Source of the DNA: an uncultured delta proteobacterium
GTDB lineage: Bacteria > Desulfobacterota > Binatia > UBA9968
Length of the DNA: 64,000 bases
Direction of reading: 5' to 3'
Assembly: GCA_963816145.1 (NCBI GenBank)
Contig: CAWFJP010000002.1
Span: forward strand, 192,001-256,000
Positions 59,329-64,000 of this stretch are shown one piece after another; positions within the stretch are counted from its first letter, which is position 1; every line of letters begins with the position of its first letter. The position numbers and the translations under genes are program-made. The notes under the pieces are model-generated. The model was not told the origin of the DNA, ran no database searches, and saw nothing but the letters and a program-made list of their open reading frames with translations.

Positions 59329-60442
59329 GAAGCCGATCTTAAAACGAGTGCGCCGCGTGGTGGTGAAGATCGGCAGTCAGATTCTATCATCGCAAGACGG
59401 CATCGAGGAGGCGCGGCTGCGTGGCTTGGTGCGCCAGCTGGCTGAATTGCACGAAGGCAAGCGCCAGGTCGTGGTCGTCAGTTCGGGCGCGGTGGCGGCT
59501 GGAATGACGCAGCTCGGCTGGAAAGAGCGGCCGAAAACGATTCCCGAGAAACAGGCGCTCGCTGCCGTGGGGCAAATTAAATTGATGGCGCTTTATGAGC
59601 GGATCTTTTCCAAGTTCGACAAAAACGTCGCCCAGGTCTTGCTGACCGCCGCCGACCTCGCCAACCGCCAACGTTACATCAACGCTAAACATACTTTTCA
59701 GATGCTCCTGGAATCGTCGATCATTCCGATCGTCAACGAGAACGACACCGTGGCGGTGGAGGAGATGAAGTTCGGCGATAACGATCATCTATCGGCTTTG
59801 GTGGCGACGCTTCTCGAAGCCGACTTGCTGGTGATCCTGAGCGATGTCGAGGGCGTCTACGACAAGGATCCGCGGGCGCATGACGATGCTGAGCTGATTC
59901 CCTTGATCGGCGCAGCGCGCGGTTTGCGCCAGGCGATCGGCGGCGCAAGCGTCAGTGCCGTGGGCACCGGCGGCATCGCCACCAAACTTGGCGCCGCCGA
60001 AGAGGCTGCTGCGGCGGGCATCCCGACAATCATCGCCAACGGTATGCAACCCGACGTGCTGAAGCAAGTCTTCGACGCCAAACAACAGATTGGCACATTG
60101 ATTCTTCCCGAAGAGAAATATCTGCGGCGCAAGAAGCACTGGATCGGTTTTAACCTCAAGCCGGTGGGGACTGTGGTAGTTAACGAAGGGGCTTATCTCG
60201 CGGTCGTCGACAAGGGCAAGAGCCTGCTGCCCGCCGGCGTCGAGAAAGTCGAAGGATCGTTCGGTGTCGGAGATTGCGTTCGCGTCGATTTTCACGGCAA
60301 GGAGTTCGCCCGCGGCTTGGTCAATTACGACAAATCGGAGTTGAATCGGATCAAAGGATTGCATACAAGCAAGATTGAAAAAGTTCTAGGTTATAAAGCC
60401 CATGACGAGGTCATTCACCGCGACGATCTGGTGATATTGTGA
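59309..60442 (+). CDS. proB: Glutamate 5-kinase
   Basis: VVKIGS, SSGAV, NENDTV, FGDND and a PUA domain. Confidence 0.97.
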   Translation: MTQLEHKKPILKRVRRVVVKIGSQILSSQDGIEEARLRGLVRQLAELHEGKRQVVVVSSGAVAAGMTQLGWKERPKTIPEKQALAAVGQIKLMALYERIFSKFDKNVAQVLLTAADLANRQRYINAKHTFQMLLESSIIPIVNENDTVAVEEMKFGDNDHLSALVATLLEADLLVILSDVEGVYDKDPRAHDDAELIPLIGAARGLRQAIGGASVSAVGTGGIATKLGAAEEAAAAGIPTIIANGMQPDVLKQVFDAKQQIGTLILPEEKYLRRKKHWIGFNLKPVGTVVVNEGAYLAVVDKGKSLLPAGVEKVEGSFGVGDCVRVDFHGKEFARGLVNYDKSELNRIKGLHTSKIEKVLGYKAHDEVIHRDDLVIL

Positions 60443-60449
60443 AACGCCA

Positions 60450-61715
60450 ATGACAGAGACAGCGCTCAAACAACAAGCACTTCGCCTGGGTAAGCAAGCT
60501 AAAATCGCCGCGCGCCGGCTGGCGCCGTTGTCGTCGTCGGATAAAAATCGCGCGCTCCTGCTGATGGCCGAGAAGCTCGAAGCCAAGAGCGGCTTTTTAG
60601 TCGAGGAGAACAAAAAAGACCTCGAATTCGCCACGGCTAACGGCGAGTCGAGCGCGATCCTCGACCGTATCGAACTCAACCCGAGCCGGGTGCAGGCAAT
60701 GGCCCAAGGGCTGCGCGATGTCGCGGCGCTTCCCGACCCCGTTCGTGAAGTCGTCAAGATGTGGCGCCGTCCCAACGGCTTGCAAGTGGGGCGCATGCGC
60801 ATTCCGCTGGGCGTCATTGGCATCATCTACGAAGCCCGCCCCAACGTCACCGCAGATGCCGCGGCGCTCTGTCTCAAGTCCGGAAATGCGGTGATTCTGC
60901 GCGGCGGCAGCGAGGCGCATCATTCCAACCAAGCGATCGGCGCGGTGCTGCGCGAAGCCTGTGCGGAAACCAGCGTGCCGCAGGACGCCGTTCAGGTGGT
61001 GCAGGTGAAGGATCGCGCCTTGGTCAACGAGTTGCTGCAATTGGAAGAGTATATCGACCTGATTATACCGCGCGGCGGTGAGGATTTGATCCGCGCCGTG
61101 GTGGCCAATTCGAAGATCCCGGTAATCAAACACTACAAAGGCATCTGCCATGTCTATGTCGACAGCGACGCGTCTTTAGAGATGGCCGAACGGATTTGTT
61201 TCAACGCCAAGGTGCAGCGGCCTTCGGTGTGCAATGCCATGGAGACTCTGTTGGTACACGAATCGGTGGCACCGAAGTTCTTGCCGGCGATGATCGAAAA
61301 ATTTCGCGCCGCCCAGGTCGAGGTGCGCGGCTGCGCTAAAACCCGCGCTTTGGTGCCGGGAGTCAAGCTCGCCACCGAGGAAGACTGGTCCACTGAATAC
61401 CTCGAGCTGATCCTGTCGGTGCGTATCGTCAAGGACATGGACGAAGCCATTAGCCATATCGAGCAGTATGGCTCGGAACATACCGAGAGCATCATCACCA
61501 ACAACTATCAAAAATCCCGCGAGTTTATCGACCGCGTCAACTCATCGGCTGTGATGGTCAACGCGTCGACGCGCTTCAACGACGGCGGCGAATTGGGCCT
61601 CGGCGCAGAGATCGGCATCAGTACGAGCAAGATTCACGCCTTTGGACCCATGGGGCTGGAAGAGTTGACGACGACCAAGTTTATCGTCTTTGGCGATGGG
61701 CAGATTCGCGAATGA
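60450..61715 (+). CDS. proA: Gamma-glutamyl phosphate reductase
   Basis: IYEARPNVT, CNAMET and NASTRF motifs. Confidence 0.97.
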   Translation: MTETALKQQALRLGKQAKIAARRLAPLSSSDKNRALLLMAEKLEAKSGFLVEENKKDLEFATANGESSAILDRIELNPSRVQAMAQGLRDVAALPDPVREVVKMWRRPNGLQVGRMRIPLGVIGIIYEARPNVTADAAALCLKSGNAVILRGGSEAHHSNQAIGAVLREACAETSVPQDAVQVVQVKDRALVNELLQLEEYIDLIIPRGGEDLIRAVVANSKIPVIKHYKGICHVYVDSDASLEMAERICFNAKVQRPSVCNAMETLLVHESVAPKFLPAMIEKFRAAQVEVRGCAKTRALVPGVKLATEEDWSTEYLELILSVRIVKDMDEAISHIEQYGSEHTESIITNNYQKSREFIDRVNSSAVMVNASTRFNDGGELGLGAEIGISTSKIHAFGPMGLEELTTTKFIVFGDGQIRE

Positions 61716-61751
61716 CCGAGTTGCCGATCGCCACTCAACTGGATCGATTTC

Positions 61752-61815
61752 TTCTGGAGTCTAGCGTCTGGAGTCGCCGGTTGACGCTAAAGCCGGGACT
61801 GCAAACGCAAGACTT
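61752..61815. repeat. Degenerate heptamer palindrome (TCTGGAG/GACTGCA)
   Basis: TCTGGAGTCTAGCGTCTGGAGTC ... GACTGCAAACGCAAGACT. Confidence 0.45.
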
Positions 61816-61894
61816 CTTTCTCCGCTGCTCAGTAGCAACCGCCGACGACCTGCGAACTAACCGAGGTCGCACCGAAAGGCTGTGCGCTCTGCTA

Positions 61895-62557
61895 ATGAAG
61901 ATCGGCTTGTTCGGCGGCACCTTCGATCCGATCCACTGGGGCCATCTGCGCAGCGCGGAAGAGGTCGGCGAGACTTACGGTCTCGACCGGGTGTATTTCA
62001 TTCCCGCGTCGATCCCGCCGCACAAAAGAGGCAAGACCACGACCCCGGCCGAAGACCGGTTACGGATGGTTCGACTCGCGGTGGCGCGCAATCCGCGCTT
62101 CGCGGTATCGACGGTCGAGTTAGACCGGCCGGGGCCATCCTATTCCATCGACACGATCCGCGAATTCGTCAGCCGACTGACCAAGCGCGATTCGTTATAT
62201 TTCATCATCGGGTTGGACGCGTTTCTCGAAATCGGCACATGGAAGAATTTCAGAGAAATTTTCCCCTTGTGCAACTTCATCGTCACTTCACGACCCGGCA
62301 GCAAGGAGAACGACCCGCTCAAAGGCGCCGGTATTGCCGTGAAAAAACTGTTTTGTTATGATTTTAAGAAACGTAACTACCGCCATCAAAGCGGCACCCG
62401 AGTGTATTTTATCGAACTCACCGATATCGCCATCTCAGCTTCAGAAATTCGCGCGCTGGTGCGCAAAGACAAGTCGATACGTTATCTGTTACCTTCGTTA
62501 GTGGAACGATTTATTAAACGCCGCCGGCTTTACCGCGGCCGCAGGGAGAGTTCGTGA
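61895..62557 (+). CDS. nadD: Nicotinate-nucleotide adenylyltransferase
   Basis: MKIGLFGGTFDPIHWGH and ISASEIR motifs. Confidence 0.95.
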   Translation: MKIGLFGGTFDPIHWGHLRSAEEVGETYGLDRVYFIPASIPPHKRGKTTTPAEDRLRMVRLAVARNPRFAVSTVELDRPGPSYSIDTIREFVSRLTKRDSLYFIIGLDAFLEIGTWKNFREIFPLCNFIVTSRPGSKENDPLKGAGIAVKKLFCYDFKKRNYRHQSGTRVYFIELTDIAISASEIRALVRKDKSIRYLLPSLVERFIKRRRLYRGRRESS

Positions 62558-62967
62558 AGGTAAAAGCATTGAGTGCATGGGATAAAGCGCTGTTGCTGAC
62601 GCGGGCGGCGCTGGATAAGAAAGCTGGCGATCTGGTCGTGCTCGATGTTCATGCGCATACTTCGATCGCCGAATACTTTATCGTTTGTTCCGGACGCTCG
62701 GACCGCCAGGTGCAAAGCATCGCGCAAGGTTTACAAGAAGAGGCGGCGCGCGCCGGCGTGCGCCCGTATGCGGTCGAAGGCGCCCAACGCGGCCACTGGG
62801 TGTTGATGGATTTTTCCGACGTTATTGTGCACATCTTCTACGAGCCAATGCGGCAATTCTACGATCTCGACGGTTTGTGGAGTCATGCGCCGCAGGCGAA
62901 GCTGCCTGCCAGCTACAACAAATTGATCGCGCAACAGCACGCCAGCGACGCGCAGTTGTCCAACTAG
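62554..62967 (+). CDS. rsfS: Ribosome silencing factor
   Basis: DKKAGD, WVLMD..DVIVHIF and FYDLDGLW motifs. Confidence 0.95.
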   Translation: MKVKALSAWDKALLLTRAALDKKAGDLVVLDVHAHTSIAEYFIVCSGRSDRQVQSIAQGLQEEAARAGVRPYAVEGAQRGHWVLMDFSDVIVHIFYEPMRQFYDLDGLWSHAPQAKLPASYNKLIAQQHASDAQLSN

Positions 62968-63014
62968 CCTGGCAACTGTTAATCGGGTTCTATTAAATTT
63001 ACTGTGATGATGAT

Positions 63015-63095
63015 TTCACCACGAAGGACACGAAGAACACGAAGTTCGGAGTTTTCATATCCAGGACCCTTCGCGTCCGTCGTGTCTTCGCTGTG
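63015..63095. repeat. CACGAAG nonamer-type palindrome
   Basis: CACCACGAAGGACACGAAGAACACGAAG ... CTTCGCGTCCGTCGTGTCTTCG. Confidence 0.75.
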
Positions 63096-63194
63096 CAAAA
63101 CGAAAATTGAACCCGACATCCTAACCAAACAAGACCTGAAGAATCGTTACATCGGCTCCTTCGGTTCGCCGCCGAACTCAGAAAGGAATTTCTC

Positions 63195-64000
63195 GTGAGC
63201 ATAGTCCAGCCGGTGGTATTGGTGATTCTCGACGGCTTCGGCATCAATCCGCGCAAGGAATTCAACGCCATCGCCAACGCGTCGAAACCGAATCTCGATG
63301 CCTTGCTGCGCGATTATCCCAACTCGCGTTTGTCGATGTCGGGCGTTGACGTCGGTCTGCCGGCGGGGCAGATGGGCAACTCGGAAGTCGGCCATATGAT
63401 TCTCGGCGCCGGGCGGATCATCTATCAAGATTTGACCCTAATTCACAAAGACATTGACGATGGCAGCTTCTATAGCAATGCGGTCTTGCTCGACGCGCTG
63501 CGCCGGACCAAGGCAAAGAGCGACCGGCTGCACTTGATGGGGCTGTTGGGCGACGGCGGGGTGCATAGCCATCAGCGGCACATGGAAGCGATTCTCGAGA
63601 TGGCCAAGCGCGAGCGGCTCGCCCAGGTCTATCTGCATCTGTTTCTCGACGGCCGCGACACGCCGCCTAACAGCGCCGAGCAGTTCATGCTCGACCTGAA
63701 CGAGAAACTGAGAAACCTTCCCAACGTGAAAATTGCCACGGTGAGCGGGCGCTACTACGCCATGGACCGTGACAAGCGCTGGGATCGCGTCGAGAAGGCG
63801 TATGTTTGTCTGACACAAGGCATCGGCCACCGCGCGCCATCCGCGCTCGAGGCGATACGCGCGAGCTACCAAGCCAAGGTTACCGATGAATTTGTCCTGC
63901 CGACGACCATCGACGGCGTCGTGCCGGACGGCCTCATACGTAGCGGCGACGGTGTGATCTTTTTTAACTTCCGTGCCGATCGGGCGCGCGAGCTGACGCG
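63195..64000 (+). CDS. gpmI: 2,3-bisphosphoglycerate-independent phosphoglycerate mutase (runs off window end)
   Basis: Manual translation: VLVILDGFG..GQMGNSEVGH..DGGVHSH..LDGRDT..GRYYAMDRD..FNFRADR. Confidence 0.95.
   Translation, partial: MSIVQPVVLVILDGFGINPRKEFNAIANASKPNLDALLRDYPNSRLSMSGVDVGLPAGQMGNSEVGHMILGAGRIIYQDLTLIHKDIDDGSFYSNAVLLDALRRTKAKSDRLHLMGLLGDGGVHSHQRHMEAILEMAKRERLAQVYLHLFLDGRDTPPNSAEQFMLDLNEKLRNLPNVKIATVSGRYYAMDRDKRWDRVEKAYVCLTQGIGHRAPSALEAIRASYQAKVTDEFVLPTTIDGVVPDGLIRSGDGVIFFNFRADRARELT

Noticed and set aside
61712-61894. N-terminal extension of NadD
   Set aside because: Not homologous to NadD and crosses a repeat element; the NadD motif starts at 61895.
1-64000. tRNA, rRNA, prophage or integrase
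   Set aside because: No such signatures were recognised on either strand by inspection.

Overview
A GC-rich bacterial chromosomal segment. Gene content (about 12 solute-binding proteins, Bug/TTT triplet, GrdC/GrdA, many palindromic intergenic repeats) suggests a Candidatus Binatia-like deltaproteobacterium; this taxonomy is inference. The right end is housekeeping (rplU-rpmA-obgE-proB-proA-nadD-rsfS-gpmI), and gltA, sthA, mltD, corA and a polar amino-acid ABC operon lie elsewhere. Accessory blocks include a sigma54-driven Tat-exported molybdo-oxidoreductase (IorAB-like), an aromatic-catabolism cluster (bicupin, UbiD, Rieske oxygenase, LigAB-like split by a UPF0016 gene), two LemA modules, an AT-richer FkbM gene next to an IS remnant, and an Fe3+-type ABC system with an acyl-CoA synthetase. 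Main signals the ORF track misses: (1) a selenoprotein A gene (grdA, CxxU with in-frame TGA) paired with a C-terminally short grdC and no adjacent grdD/B/E; (2) a tandem pair of ~227-bp units, each with a conserved ~80-nt hairpin (candidate ncRNAs); (3) about 18 intergenic palindromic elements, many built from 7- or 9-mer tandem repeats, some nested and some recruited into proteins. Several single-base frameshifts probably reflect assembly error. No rRNA, tRNA or CRISPR array was recognised.
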